This document shows, in pieces, positions 37,077 to 49,600 of a stretch of 64,000 nucleotides of DNA. How positions within the stretch are numbered: position 1 is the stretch's first letter; each line of letters begins with the position of its first letter. The notes under the pieces are model-generated. The model saw nothing but the letters and a program-made list of their open reading frames with translations, had not been told where the DNA came from and ran no database searches. Made by a program: the position numbers and the translations under genes. Origin of the DNA: Squalus acanthias (lineage: Eukaryota). The stretch spans positions 85,126,001 through 85,190,000 of the forward strand of contig CM059435.1 of NCBI GenBank assembly GCA_030390025.1, in the 5' to 3' direction.

Positions 37077-37661
37077 TTCTCCGCACAAAGCAGGGCTCAA
37101 TCTTGGGAACCTCCTTGGTCTGTATGCTTGAATAATACGCTGCATGGTGATTTACCCTTTTAGCTTTAGATAATAATTCTTAGTCTTTGAACTGCGGCAA
37201 AATTGTGACCATACCATACAACTTTTATGACGTGGCCATCCTGGTTTAGTTCATTTCTAAGCAGTAGGCACCTGATTCCTATAATATTTGCCGTTCTGTA
37301 TTCATAAAAACTGTTGTCTTAAAATGTATTGCATTATTTATCCACATTAGCTGCTGGATAAGGGCAATTTATTTGTCTGTTAACTAATATTGATTTATTG
37401 TGAGATCTAGTGGTATATATTCCCTCAGGATGCAAAAAATACTTGTGGATAACTACTGGTAAATTCCTGCTTATACTTTAAGATTTGCTTTGAAAAACTG
37501 TTCTGCGAATTGTTGCTTTTGCCTAAAACAAGTGCTGTGAGGTAGCTGTGATTTCTAAATTAAGCCCAAGATTCTTTGACTCCAAACATTTTGTTTTACT
37601 GTTGACTCAAAAGCACACACTTTCTCCGAGCTAATGTCTTCCCAGATGATTATAAGCTTAA

Positions 37662-37751
37662 TCTTACAAATGCAACATAAAGCGTGCTGAGTTTTTGATT
37701 GTAAGGAGCTTAGTCTTAGAAATGCAACATAAAGCGTGCGGAGTCTTTGAT
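37662..37751 (+). repeat. Local direct duplication (~38-bp unit, 52-bp period)
   Basis: TCTTACAAATGCAACATAAAGCGTGCTGAGTTTTTGAT vs TCTTAGAAATGCAACATAAAGCGTGCGGAGTCTTTGAT. Confidence 0.85.
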
Positions 37752-37784
37752 CACAATGATTCAAACCAGCTCATAAATTAAACA

Positions 37785-37990
37785 AATGTGAGAAGTCGCA
37801 CAACACCAGGTTATAGTCCAACAGTTTTATTTGAAATCACAAGCTTTCGGAGCGCTGCTCCTTCGTCTTCACCTGACGAAGGAGCAGCGCTCCGAAAGCT
37901 TGTGATTTCAAATAAAACTGTTGGACTATAACCTGGTGTTGTGCGACTTCTCACATTTGTCCACCCCAGTCCAACACCGGCATCTCCACA
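37785..37990 (+). mobile_element. Foldback Penelope-type pseudo-LTR insert (perfect 86-bp inverted repeat) with 14-bp TSD
   Basis: Arms 37782-37867 and 37875-37960 are exact reverse complements; flanking direct repeat TCATAAATTAAACA at 37771-37784 and 37991-38004. Confidence 0.88.
37869..37905 (+). ncRNA. Minimal type I hammerhead ribozyme motif
   Basis: UCAC-CUGACGA-A-GGAGC-AGC-GCUCC-GAAA-GCUU-GUGA: stem I UCAC/GUGA, core CUGANGA...GAAA, 5-bp stem II, palindromic minimal stem III (AAGCUU). Confidence 0.75.
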
Positions 37991-40646
37991 TCATAAATTA
38001 AACAGAATGAGATTTTCCTTCTTTCCCAGGTCATAAAATTGAGAGCTGTGTCAGCAGGCAGGCCCGTGGTATTTTTGTGGGGCGAGGGAGGCTAGCTCCA
38101 CAGAAATTAAATTCTTAACTTTTTGAAGCGGTCTCTGCTGAAGACCCTTAACAACTGAGTACAGCATGCACAGCGCAAACTCCATCCACTTGCTGTCCAA
38201 TTTTAGTCGGGGTCTGATTTGCATAACGCCTTTTTTAGGCAGGTGCCCAGCACACCTAGAAGTGGTTGTCTTCAAATTTGGCAGCCTGTGCACTTCCAGG
38301 GGAGATTGGGCAAGGGAGATCGCGACCTGAAATTGGTCTCCCCAGCCTTCATTGTACACCCAAAAAAAAAATGGGGGGGTGGGGAAAAATGTTCAATTTC
38401 TCCCCTGGAGTCTTTTCAATCGGATGCATGTGACATGAAATGAAACTGACCTTGGGTAAAAAAATATTGTTTGCTTATCAGTGGAACAGCCACATGTGAC
38501 ATTAAAAATATCCACTATTTGTGAAGTTAAAACATAATCTCTGCTGAAGTCACTTGGATCTGGTTTTTGGGAAAGGGCCTGTTAATAGCCAGTCAACGCT
38601 CAATGTTTAGGCTCATCCATGAAGAAAAGTCATTTGGCAAAGGCACCAGCGAGCCTCTGTTATTGGTTACCCAAATAGGGGGAAAAGAGGGGGGTAGAAG
38701 AGGAGATTCCTAAATTTAGTTTTTGAAGTATTCAGTAAACATTGAAGAAGGTTGCCACCAACAACAGACCCACTGGTGTAATTTGGGAATCTGTAAAACT
38801 GTAGTAAGCTTCATGGTTAAAGTACATTATTTGGTGGTTTGTGGGTTAGGAACCTCTGGAAATTTTACTTCATTTGTTTCAGTTCAGTAAACTGCATGGA
38901 GCTATCAAACACGGTTTAATTGTGCCAGAAGTCAGTCTGAGATCAATTTAACATGTGCAATATTGGGTTCTCCCTCATCGATCTATTCCTACAATGATGC
39001 GCTATTGTTATGGAAACAAATGCCTTCTGTTGGGGTACCCAGCAGGAGAGCTGCTTGCATGTCAGGAGATGTACAGGCAATATAAAAGATATGAAATAAA
39101 ATTAGGAGGCTTGTCAGTAGATAATACCAATATCTGACTACGTTTAGGATGTCCTGTCTTAAAAGTATGCTATATTTGAGGCAAGTTCCCACTTTTAATT
39201 TTTAACAAGAAATTTGTTGATCATATCACAAATCTCATGGGTTGAATGCCAATACAATACGGTTTCTTCACAATTATTCTAATGCACAAGAATGCTCAAT
39301 TTTATGATCCTTGACAAAGGAAATCTTGCCCTGTAAGTTCTGAGCTGGTTTCAAACTATTTAATTGAAGACTCGACACTTGCTTTATATTGGTTGTGTAA
39401 AATTAAGGTTACAACCACATTTATTGGCTTGTGTGTGAGATGGAAGACGGAATGGATATGTCGTCTTGGAGCATAGTCTTCTGAATGACAGGCCTTGCTA
39501 ACTTGGTGTAAACTTTTTTTTAAAAATGCATGAAGAATTTTCAACAACTAAGTGTTCATGTATTTTTTCTTTCCCTCAAGGAGTTGGTCATATTTTTGGG
39601 TTTTTACACTAGATCGTTTCTTAGGTTCATAGTCTTTGGCCTATCCTGTAAGTGGACCTTGTGTTCCCTATGACCCGGAGTGTACCCTTTGCAGCATAAT
39701 ATCCAGATGAACAACAGCGAGACCCAGAGATTACAATAGAGATTGCTTAATCTGCACACCAGTTATTGGAATTATCCTCCCTTTGAACAGCAGACACTCT
39801 ATTAAACTGAGACTCTGGTTCTAAACTAACAGATGGTTTTATTTTAAATAAGATGGGCAAATGAACAGTATACAGTACAAAGCAAAAAAATCATACATTC
39901 ACTGTTCTCCTTGATACATAAAATAATAAATATGCCACTCACGGTCTCTCTACATAAACTTTAAAACAGAAGCTTACTTTTTATGTTGTGGAACTAGCTG
40001 CAGTTTCAACACTCTGCTTCCCAGTTAGCTGGCACAATTTAAAACACTATTTTTGCTGGCTGGAAATCTGAAACTTACTGGACCTCGCCACCACAGGTTT
40101 CCCCAATCAAAACTCCATTTGACGTTAACCTGAAACAAAAGACTGCGTTTCTCTTATTAAATAAATGGTTAATCTTTGGTGACATATGAAATTTCACAAG
40201 GCATTGTGAAATTTGCCTTATTTAGCACCTTGGGTATCCCATTGTGCTTTCCCCAGTAATTTAGTAATTGTGAAGTCCCCTGCAGCAAGCCATTCTTTAA
40301 TCTGAACTCCTAGTATTTCTTTTGAGAAATACTTTACAACCTGTTTTTTAACTTCCATGTAAACTCTATAACTATAACCTTCAAATAACTTGGAACAGTA
40401 TTTGCTTCTTGATGCTATCTTCTCTCATTGTGCTATTAACAATGCAAGTCCTGAACTTTTTCAGACAATTGGTTCTACTGTATATGCATCCAGGCCAAAG
40501 ATCTATCCAGTTTCGATGTACTCTGTAGATGACATTTGATACCAGTTGCCTTGGCAGCTAGCCAACATTATCGTAACCAATAGATGGTGATTAGTTATTC
40601 TATAGTTGAAGGTCCTGCAGCCATTTCTACTTTAAATAAACAGGTG

Positions 40647-40733
40647 ACCTGACGAAGGAGCAGCGCTCCGAAAGCTTGTGATTTCAAATAAAGCTGTTGG
40701 ACTATAACCTGGTGTTGTGCGGCTTCTCACATT
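40647..40733 (+). mobile_element. Single-arm copy of the same Penelope-type repeat, with hammerhead core
   Basis: CTGACGAAGGAGCAGCGCTCCGAAAGCTTGTGATTTC... nearly identical to 37873-37957. Confidence 0.85.
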
Positions 40734-41744
40734 CTGTTGAACTACACAGTGAGGAGGCGGGACTGATAGTTTTAGATGTATCTGGCTATGTTTTTAAAAA
40801 AAAAGTCAGTTTAAAGTATAGTTTCTGTTCTGTAGTCTCTAGCTTGCTGACTTTCAGTTTAGAAAAGCAGGGAAATTGATTGAACCTTCAGGAATTTCAA
40901 ACATTAAAAATGGCTGGAGATGAGGGTTGTGCACATTTGCCACTCTTGCCTCTCAGCCAGTTATTTGGAGAACTATGTGTCTCTCTCTGGCTACATGTCC
41001 GATTGTAGTTGCCCCATGTTTGTGTAGAATACCTGCTGAATGTCACTTCTGTTGACATTACTGAATGTTTTGCATGTGAGTTGGAATCTGTTGCTGTGAA
41101 ATGGAACACCTGTGTAAAACGGTTCATAACAAAACCATTTTCTCTGCAAAATAGGCTTAAGAAAGCTGAAGGCTTTGTAAGAATTTTTTTTATTAAACTA
41201 CACATTTGTGATTTTAAGATTGGAATGTCAAAAGGAGGAAATAAGTATTATATACTTGGTGGGGGAGAACAGGCAATATCCCTACAGACAATGACAAATC
41301 TAAATTGCTTTAGTTCAGATGAACATAGATTGTGTGTGTATTGTTTTCCATTACCCTTACCCCATCTGTCCTGAATGTAGAAGCTCATGCTGGGGTATGG
41401 TTCAGTGGCCATTGGTAGCCCTCTGATACCTCTCCCAACTGACACTTCAAGTGTAAACTTGGGCTGATGGCTATTTAGCTGCTGGGGGAGAGAGAAATCG
41501 AGATCACAGGCCAGGCTAATTCTGTCCTCACCCAGAAGTCCACGCATGCACTTCCATGTGGGGGGGGGGGGGGGTGGTGAGATTGTCACTGGATAATGAA
41601 CAGATTACCAACACGGATCAAGGGTTGACTAAGATTTCCTGGTTTGCGCAGTTAAGTACCATACTGCATGGTATATTTACCCACTGAGATTGGGGGTGGG
41701 GAGATTAACTTGCATAGTTTCCCATGTTCTATATCGCGTCAACT

Positions 41745-42143
41745 TTGCTTAGCTGGTTTCCCACTTATCTCGTGGAGCTTGTGGGTTCAAGCTCCAGCTT
41801 CGAACTTGTGCGCATTATTTTGGACGTTACTCCAAAGAAGTACTAACTGAGTGCTGCATGTTGGAGATGCCATTTTTCATATGAAATGCTAAATTGAAGC
41901 CTCATTTTTAATGGTTTAGGCGGAGATTAAAGATCCTAGGTCATTATTTGAAAAAGAGCACTGAATTTTAACGTACTGATCAGCATTTCTCCCTCAGCCA
42001 ACACCACTAAAAACAGATTACCTAACCTTAAACTCATTCCTGTTTGTGGGCTCCAGCTGTTGTTTGCTTGGGTAAGTCACTGCAGCTCAAACTAATTGAT
42101 TATATACGAGGTGTTTTTGAGATGTGAAAGGCACTATATAAAT
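41745..42143 (+). mobile_element. Degenerate SacSINE1-type DeuSINE
   Basis: Diverged paralogue of 55804-56590 (TGTGGGTTCAAG, GAGTGCTGCA, TAAAGATCC, tail AAAGGCACTATATAAATG). Confidence 0.6.
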
Positions 42144-42144
42144 G

Positions 42145-42960
42145 AAATAAAAACAGAAAATGGTCAGGCAGCATCTGTGGCGAGAGAAACTGAGTTAATG
42201 TTTCAGATCGATGACCTTTCATCAGAACTGAAAAAGTTTGAGATGCAAGAGGTTTTAAGCAAGTGCAGAGGCAAGGAAAGGAGGGAGGGGGAGGAAAGAA
42301 CAAAAGGGAAGGTCTGTGATAGGGTGGAAGGCAGGAGAGATTAAATGACAAAACGGATGATGGTGCAAGGCAAAAGGGGGTGGTAATGGGGTGATTAAAA
42401 GAAACACAAGATGTGTCCAGAGGAACTGAAAATGACAAAGGCAGAATCATTACCAGCAACTGTTGTCTGGAAAAAATGGCAACAGTAGTTATGATCTGAA
42501 ATTGTTTGAGTCCGGAAGGCTGTAAAGATGAGATGCTGTTCCTTGAGCTTCATTAGAATAGTAGGAGGCCGAGGACAGAGAGATGGGAGTGGGGCGGAGA
42601 ATTAACATGACAAGCAACTGGAAGCTCAGGGTCATGCTTGCGGACTGAAACGGAGGTGTTCCGCAAAGCGATCACCTTTTGGTCTCTAATGTTGGGGAAA
42701 CTGTATCGTGAGCAGCGAATACAGTATACTAAATTGAAAGAAGTACAAGTAAATTGCTGTTTCATCTGGAAGGAGTGTTTGGGGCCCTGGACTGTGGGAA
42801 GGGAGGAGGTAAAAGGGCAGGTGTTGCATCTCCTGTGTATGCAGGGGAAGGTGCCATTGGATGGGGCGGGGTTTTTTGAAGAGTGGACCTGGGTGACTCG
42901 GAGGGAACAGTCCCTTCGGAATGCTGCAAGGGGAGGGGAAATGGTGTTTGGCGGTGTCTT
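42145..42960 (-). mobile_element. Penelope-like element 3' part: GIY-YIG endonuclease remnant plus pseudo-LTR with hammerhead motif
   Basis: FTCTSFNLVYCIRCSR...SVRKHDPELPVACHVNSPPHSHLSVLGL (PLE GIY-YIG region); downstream CTGATGA-AAGGTCATCGATCT-GAAA at 42225-42201. Confidence 0.85.
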
Positions 42961-43089
42961 CTTTTAACCTTAAATGACCTTTTTTAACAACACTCTAGTA
43001 CCCCACATCTTTTGATACAATTTTGTGTATGTGATGCCAGTGTAGCGGAAGTAGTCATGCAACTGTTCGCTAACATTGAATGATTAACG

Positions 43090-43957
43090 TTCCTCACTGA
43101 AGAGGAAGATAGTAATGGACTTCAAGAAAACAGACAGGCAGGTGGAATGGGCGGACATGTGGCAGATGAAATTCAACACAGTGTGAGGTGATGCATCTTG
43201 GTAGGAAGAATGAGGAGAGACCATATGCACTAAATGGTACAATTTTAAAGGGGTTGCAGGAACAGAGACACCTGGGGGTGCATATGCACACATCTTTGAA
43301 GGTGGCAGGACAAGTTAATCATGGGATCCTGGGCTTTATAAATAGAGGCATAGAGTACAAAAACCAGGAAGTTATGCTAAACCTATAGAAAACACTAGTT
43401 CGGCCCCAGCTGGAGTATTGTGTCCAGTTCTGGGCACCACACTTTAGGAAGGACGTGAAGGCTTTGGAGAGGGTACAGAAGAGATTTACTAGAATGGTTC
43501 CAGGGATGAGGGATTACAGTTACGTGGCTAGACTAAAGCTGGGGGCGGGGTTCTCCTTGGAGCAGAGAAAGCCACGAGGAGATTTGATAGAGGTGTTTAA
43601 AATCATGAAGGGTTTAGATAGAGTAAATAAAGAGAAACTGTTTCCAATGGCTGAAGGGTCGATAACGAGAGGGCACAGATTTAAGGTTATTGGTAGAAGA
43701 ACCAGAGGCAACATGAGGAAAAACTATTTTACGCAACGAGTGGTTCGGATTTGGAATGCACTGCCTGACAGGGTGATAGATACAGATTCAGTAGTAGCCT
43801 TCAAAAGAGAATTGGATAAATTCTTGAAAGAGAAAAAAATTGCAGGGATACGGGGAAAGAACGGGGGAGTGGGACTAACTGGCTTGCTCTTCAAAAGAGC
43901 AGGCACAGACTCGATGGGTTGAATGGCTTCCTGTGCTGTACTATTCGCTGATTCTAT
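43090..43957 (+). mobile_element. CR1 LINE 3' part
   Basis: ORFs 43188-43388 and 43455-43922 (ALERVQKRFTRMVPG, YFTQRVVRIWN); 3' hairpin and ATTCT tail. Confidence 0.9.
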
Positions 43958-45016
43958 AAGATTTGAGACTGGTACAGTATTTTGTGCACTTGCTTTTCTG
44001 TTTTTTAGAAATACTTTGGTGAGTTTTGTGTCGAAGGTGAAAGATGTTAGCAGTGGGATATAAAACAACCAAATTTAGCACCAATTACTTGAGGCTGGGT
44101 ATAATAGGGTTCGATATAAAGTAAAGCTTCATCTGCTCTGCCCCAACAATGTGTGTGTGTATATCTATATCTATATCCCTAAACTTCTTTCTGTTCTTGC
44201 ATTCATTGTGTTGTTGCTGTTTCCTCTCTAACAGACCATGTCTTGCAAGCCAATGTTTAGGCTCATTCTCTTGGAGTAGTTTAAGAAATTGCAGGCCATG
44301 CCATAACTTGTTTTTTGCCACCACCAAATTGTGTCTCGAAGCCAAAAACAAACACAATGTCTGATATAACAACAGAAAACGCTGGAAAAACTCAGCAGGC
44401 GAGGCAGCATCCGTGGAGAGAGAAACAGAGTTAACGTTTCAGGTCGAAGACCTTACGTCAGAATTTGTTTTGGGAACTGTTGCTGTACCAGGGTAGAGGA
44501 CATTGACAACCATTTTGCTTGCATTGAGGCAAGCAGTTTGTCAACAACATTCTGGTCCTGTTGGTCATGGTGCCTTTCAACTTGGCTGCTGCCTCAGTCC
44601 TTTAAATCAAAAGTTACAATACATTAGTGGTACATTCTGTGGTCCAATTTAAGCAGGCAGGTAAATTTATAAAGGAAGTTGCATGGGAACAATGTTTACA
44701 ATTGCTCAACATCCCTTTCTCACAGTTACAGTTTCAGGGTATGGTGTATATATGGCGACCATGTAATCAGTTTTTGGAATGCAGTAGCTGGGGTCCTAGC
44801 AGTGGAGATTCTTGCTGTGCCATGTGCTTATATCTGGTACTTTGTTTACTTTATATCGAATCCTATTATACCCAGCCTCAAGTAATTGGTGCTAAATTTG
44901 GTTGTTTTATATCCCACTGCTAACATCTCTCACCTTGAACACAAAACACACCAAAGTATTTCTAAAAAACAGAAAAGCAAGCGCACAAAATACTGTACCA
45001 GTCTCAAATCTTATAG
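43954..45016. repeat. 172-bp inverted repeat (43954-44125 / 44845-45016) with a 719-bp spacer
   Basis: Arms are reverse complements with 6 mismatches and no indels by my manual alignment. Confidence 0.93.
44368..44463 (-). mobile_element. Penelope-like pseudo-LTR fragment with a mutated hammerhead core
   Basis: Minus strand CTGACGT-AAGGTCTTCGACCT-GAAA-CGTT (conserved A9 replaced by U). Confidence 0.7.
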
Positions 45017-45058
45017 CTGGTAAGCTGCCCATGAATCCACCCCTAATTTAGTTACTAT

Positions 45059-46475
45059 GGGGGCGATTTTCTCACTGGAGGCAAGATGGAGGCAGGTTTT
45101 GGCTTGGGTGTGTCAGAAACTCGCCTCCACTGATAGTTTTCAAAAAATTGCAATTTTTCCCATGATTGGCCACTTGATTTCAGAGGTGTGGGATGCCCTT
45201 GCTCAATTAGTGTTTTGGGACTGAAACTCGCCTCTGCTGACATCACTTTTCCAGTCTGATTTTATGGCTTCTTGCTCCCTTGGCTCATTCCACAGCATTT
45301 CTGCTTCTCCTGCACCACCTCCAACATCTTATGAGAAACCACTATGTCCAATTCCAAGGCAAGGGTCTACCCGAGGCTCTTGGATGAGGCGCTGCAAACG
45401 TTGTTGGAGGGGGTGAGAACGAGCATGGAGGTCCTCTTCCACTCATCTCGGAGGAAGAGGCCTGCCAAAGAAACAAAGGCTGTGTGGGTACAGCTGGCAA
45501 GGGATATAACCTCCAGATCTGTGTGCAGATTGGGAGACTGTTTCTGTGTATTGATGAAATATCATCCCTGTTGGAAAGCATTAACATGATTTGATGCCAA
45601 AATGTTGGCGTTATGCCATCTGTTACTTAGCCTTAGGCAGCTCCACATTGCGGGCAACGCCACACTTGCGTTGTCAGGTTGGTGGCCTGACTGAAAGGAG
45701 GCCAGAGAGTCATGTCCATTGTCAATGAAGTCCTGGCATGGAGCCAAGGACATGTGCCAACTTGGCCAACCTATACAAATCTGGCCATGATAAGTTAATC
45801 CCTGGCAGCCATGTGCTCACCTGCTGCTGGTCGAAACACCGGCGCTCTGACATCCTCATCCTCATCATCAATTATCCTCATCATCCTCATCCTCATCCTC
45901 ATCCTCGGTCCAAGGTCCAAGGTCCAAGGTGAAAGGAAATGAATGTTTCCCATTCTGCTTGCAGATGCCTCCTCTGGGGGAGCGCTCATTGTAAGTGGGG
46001 CGAGGTTCTTCCCAGGAGGTCCCACAGTTGATAGTCAAGCTGCAGCACCTCCGACTTCGGAAGGCCTTCTAAAAGTGCTCAGAGACCTTTTAAAGCCAAG
46101 GTCTGGCACCTGCAAGTAAGCCTTGCTGCAGTGAACGATGTCTTGTTAGACCTGCAGCAGTGAGGAGGCCACCCACGGGTCAACCCGCCAGGTTTACCTG
46201 ACGTGGTTCAGAAGTTGCGTGAAGCACGCCGAAATGTTAAATTCAAGAGGGCCTCTCAAAATAGGATTAGAGAGGCCCTTAACAAGCATTTGCAGTAGTT
46301 AATTAACGTTATGGCCAGCTGGAGGTGGGAGCGTTTCCCGACCACCAAAACCGGCACCGGCGAAATCCCACTGAGGCGGGTTGGAGTCGGGTTTCTGACC
46401 CGACCTCAGTAATTCGAATTTTCCCACCTTTCCCGACTCCAAACCCGCCTCCTCCAGCATCAGAAAATCGCCCCC
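45059..46475. mobile_element. Internally deleted non-autonomous Harbinger transposon
   Basis: Perfect 14-bp TIRs GGGGGCGATTTTCT; TSD TAT at 45056-45058 and 46476-46478; + strand Myb exon-1 remnant (MSNSKARVYPRLLDEALQTLLEGV...KAVW, from 45344); minus-strand transposase acidic tail and ARD*LIMARFV* terminus (~45770-45910). Confidence 0.9.
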
Positions 46476-46689
46476 TATATTTCTATTTACTGTAATAGCA
46501 TTTACTTAGTGCTGTACAATATTATAGCATTTTTGCTGAAAACTGATCTGGATTGTTACCATGTGAAGCCTGAGCTACATATGGATAACTTTGCCCACAG
46601 TACAGCACACCCAGGCACTTACAAATATTCTTTTATACTCCCATTGTTTGCACTTTGAATCCAATGAGAATTGCAGCCCAATTAAAAAC

Positions 46690-49600
46690 ATCTATCCCTC
46701 CCTGACCGCGCTCTCCTGTCATCATGCCTCCTTTCATCTCCCCCTCCCCTCCCAAATCCCTACCCCAATCCTTCATTACTCTTCGACCTTCCTACTCGCC
46801 TGCCGCCGTCCCAGGCTTGACTCCCTCTTAGATAAGCCTACAGCTACCCTCTGTGCCTCTCTTTGCATTCTACGAAGGGCCCATCGAGGCACTCGTCGCT
46901 GCCTCCTTACGAGCATCAACCCAACTGTCCCATCCTACTCTTTCGCCGACCTTCCCGTCCAACGCGCCCACTGGGGGCTAATCTTGCCAATCTCCTCCCT
47001 GTCCAACTCACCCTTCCCAGCGTTGACCCTGTGGACGCTGGCAGTAGGTCAGCCATCACCGACCCTCTCCACGTCTCCCCCCAGAATGTCTGTTCACTTG
47101 TGAACAAGGCCCTTGCCATCCGTGAGCTTATCATGGATGATTACATCGACATCATGGCCCTGACGGAAACTTGGTTGAGGGGTGATGACACCTTACCTTT
47201 TAAATGAAGCCTCACCGCCTGGCTATACCACTTGCCCCACTCAGACTGCCGGTGTGGCTCATCACCAAATCACACCTTGGTCTGTCCCCTACTCCTCCGG
47301 CACGTTCTCCTCCTTTGAGCATCTCCCCTTATTCCACCCCTCTCATTTAAAATTCTCGTTCTCTACCGCCCATCCAAGTACCATAAAAATGTTATTACTG
47401 AGCTATCTTCACTGCTTTCCTCCCTCAGCCTCTGCTCTGAACAACTTCTCCTCCTCTGTGATTTCAACCTCCATCTCAATTCATCATGCTCTCTCTCCTC
47501 TGAGTTCACTCGTCTCCTACCCTTCCTTAATCTCTCCCTCCATGTAAACTACCCAACCCATATTCACGGCCACCCCCTCGACCTTGCCATCTCTCGTGGC
47601 CTCGCTACTCCCATCGTATCAATCGCAGGTAAGGCCATCTCTGACCACTCCCTCGTATTGCTCGCCACCCACATTTCCCCCCGCTCCGCCTACCCTTCTT
47701 CCTTCTGTGTCCGCCCCTGGAAAAAACTCTCACAACTGCACTTATGAAATCCCAACTGTCCAGCCTTTGGCCCTCCATTCACCACGACATTTCTGCAGCT
47801 ACCGATCTGCTCCAGCACATACTCGCCACCAGCTTTGATGCCCTAGTCCCTAATAAAACAATGATTCTCTCACCCTGGCCATTCCCCCTGGTACGGCCCT
47901 CATCTTCACTCCCTTAAGTCCAAGGGACGCAGACTTGAACGGATATGGCGGACAACTGGTTTAGCCATTCACGGCCAGATCTGGCTGGACCACATAAAGC
48001 ATTATCGGGTCCTGCTCTCGTCTGCCAAAATTGCTCACTATTCCAGAATCATTCTGGAATGCAAAGATAAACCCCGGCTCCTATTCTCCACTGCTAACCA
48101 TCTTCTTAAACCCTCTCCCCTGTCTCCTCCACCCTCATCTCCGACAAGTGTGAGGAGCTCATGGACTTCTTTGTCTCTAAGATTGAGACCGTCCGTTCAG
48201 CTGCCTCTGCCACTCTCCTTCCTTCCCCATGCCCACCGGGCCAAACTTCCTCTAAGGTTTCCCCCCGCCCTGGCCTTGAACTCACATCTTTCTCCAGTTT
48301 GTCTCCAATCTCCCCTCATGACCTCTCCGCACTCATCTTGTCCATGAGACCCACTTCCTGCTCCCTCGACCCTATTCCCACCAAACTGCTGACCACCCAA
48401 CTTCCTTTTCTGGCTCCCATGTTAGCTGACATTGTTAATGGTTCTCTCTCCTCAGGTACTGTCCCCCTCTCCTTCAAATCTGCCGTCATCATCCCTCTCC
48501 TCAAAAAACCAACCCTTGACCCTCTGTCCTTGCAAACTACCGCCCATCTCCAACCTCCCTTTCCTCTCCAGTCCTTGAACGTGTTGTCGCCTCCCAAATC
48601 CGTGCCCATCTTTCCTGCAACTCTGTTTGAATCCCTCCAATCAGGTTTCCGTCCCTGCCACAGTCCCGAAACGGCTCTCATCAAAGTCACGAATGACATC
48701 CTTTGTGACTGTGACAAAAGTAAACTATCCCTCCTCGTCCTTCTTGACTTGTCTGCAGCCTATGACACGGTTGACCACTCCAACGCCTCTCCACTGTCGT
48801 CCAGCTGGGTGGGACTGCACTCACCTGGTTCCATTCTTATCTATCTAATCGTAGCCAGAGAAACACCTGCAACGGCTTTTCTTCCCGCTCCCGCATCGTT
48901 ACCTCTGGTGTCCCCCAAGGATCTATCCTTGACCCCCTCCTATTTCTCATCCACATGCTGCCCCTTGGTGACATCATCCGAAAACACAGCGTCAGTTTCC
49001 ACATGTATGTTGATGACACCCAGCTCTACCTCACTACCACTTCTCTCGACCCCTCCACGGCCTTTAAATTGTCAGACTGCTTGTCCAACATACTGTTCTG
49101 GATGAGCAGAAATTTTCTTCAATTAAATATTGGGGAGACCGAAGCCATTGTTTTCAGTCCCCGCCACAAACTCCATTCCCTAGCCCTCTCCCTAACATCT
49201 GTCTGAGGCTGAACCACACTGTTCGCAACCTTGGTGTCATATTTGACCCGGAAATGAGCTTCTGAACACATATCCGTGACATAACTAAGACCGTCTATTT
49301 CCAGTTAAGCAACGCCTCGATTTCAAAATTCTCATCCTTGTTTTCAAATCCTTCCATGGCCTCACCCTGCCCTATCTCTGTAATCTCCTCCAGCCCCACA
49401 ACCCCCAGAGATATCTGCGCTCCTCTAATTCTGCCCTCTTGAGCATCCCTGATTATAATCGCTCAACCACTGGTGGCTGTGCCTTCTGTTGCCTCGGCTC
49501 TGGAATTCCCTGCCTAAACCTCTCTGCCTCGCTACCTCTCTTTCCTCCTTTAAGACGCTCCTTAAAACCTACCTCTTTGACCAAGCTTTTGGTCACCTGC

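Noticed and set aside
37782-37960. pre-miRNA gene, CRISPR repeat or DNA-transposon MITE
   Set aside because: There is no repeat-spacer array; the asymmetric extension, variable 14-15-bp TSDs and hammerhead motif point to a Penelope-type retro-insert
39647-40580. Possible solo LTR
   Set aside because: TG...CA-like ends are imperfect and there is no TSD or second copy in the window
45851-45906. Stand-alone (CATCCT)n microsatellite
   Set aside because: Explained as the Glu/Asp-coding tail of the minus-strand transposase remnant
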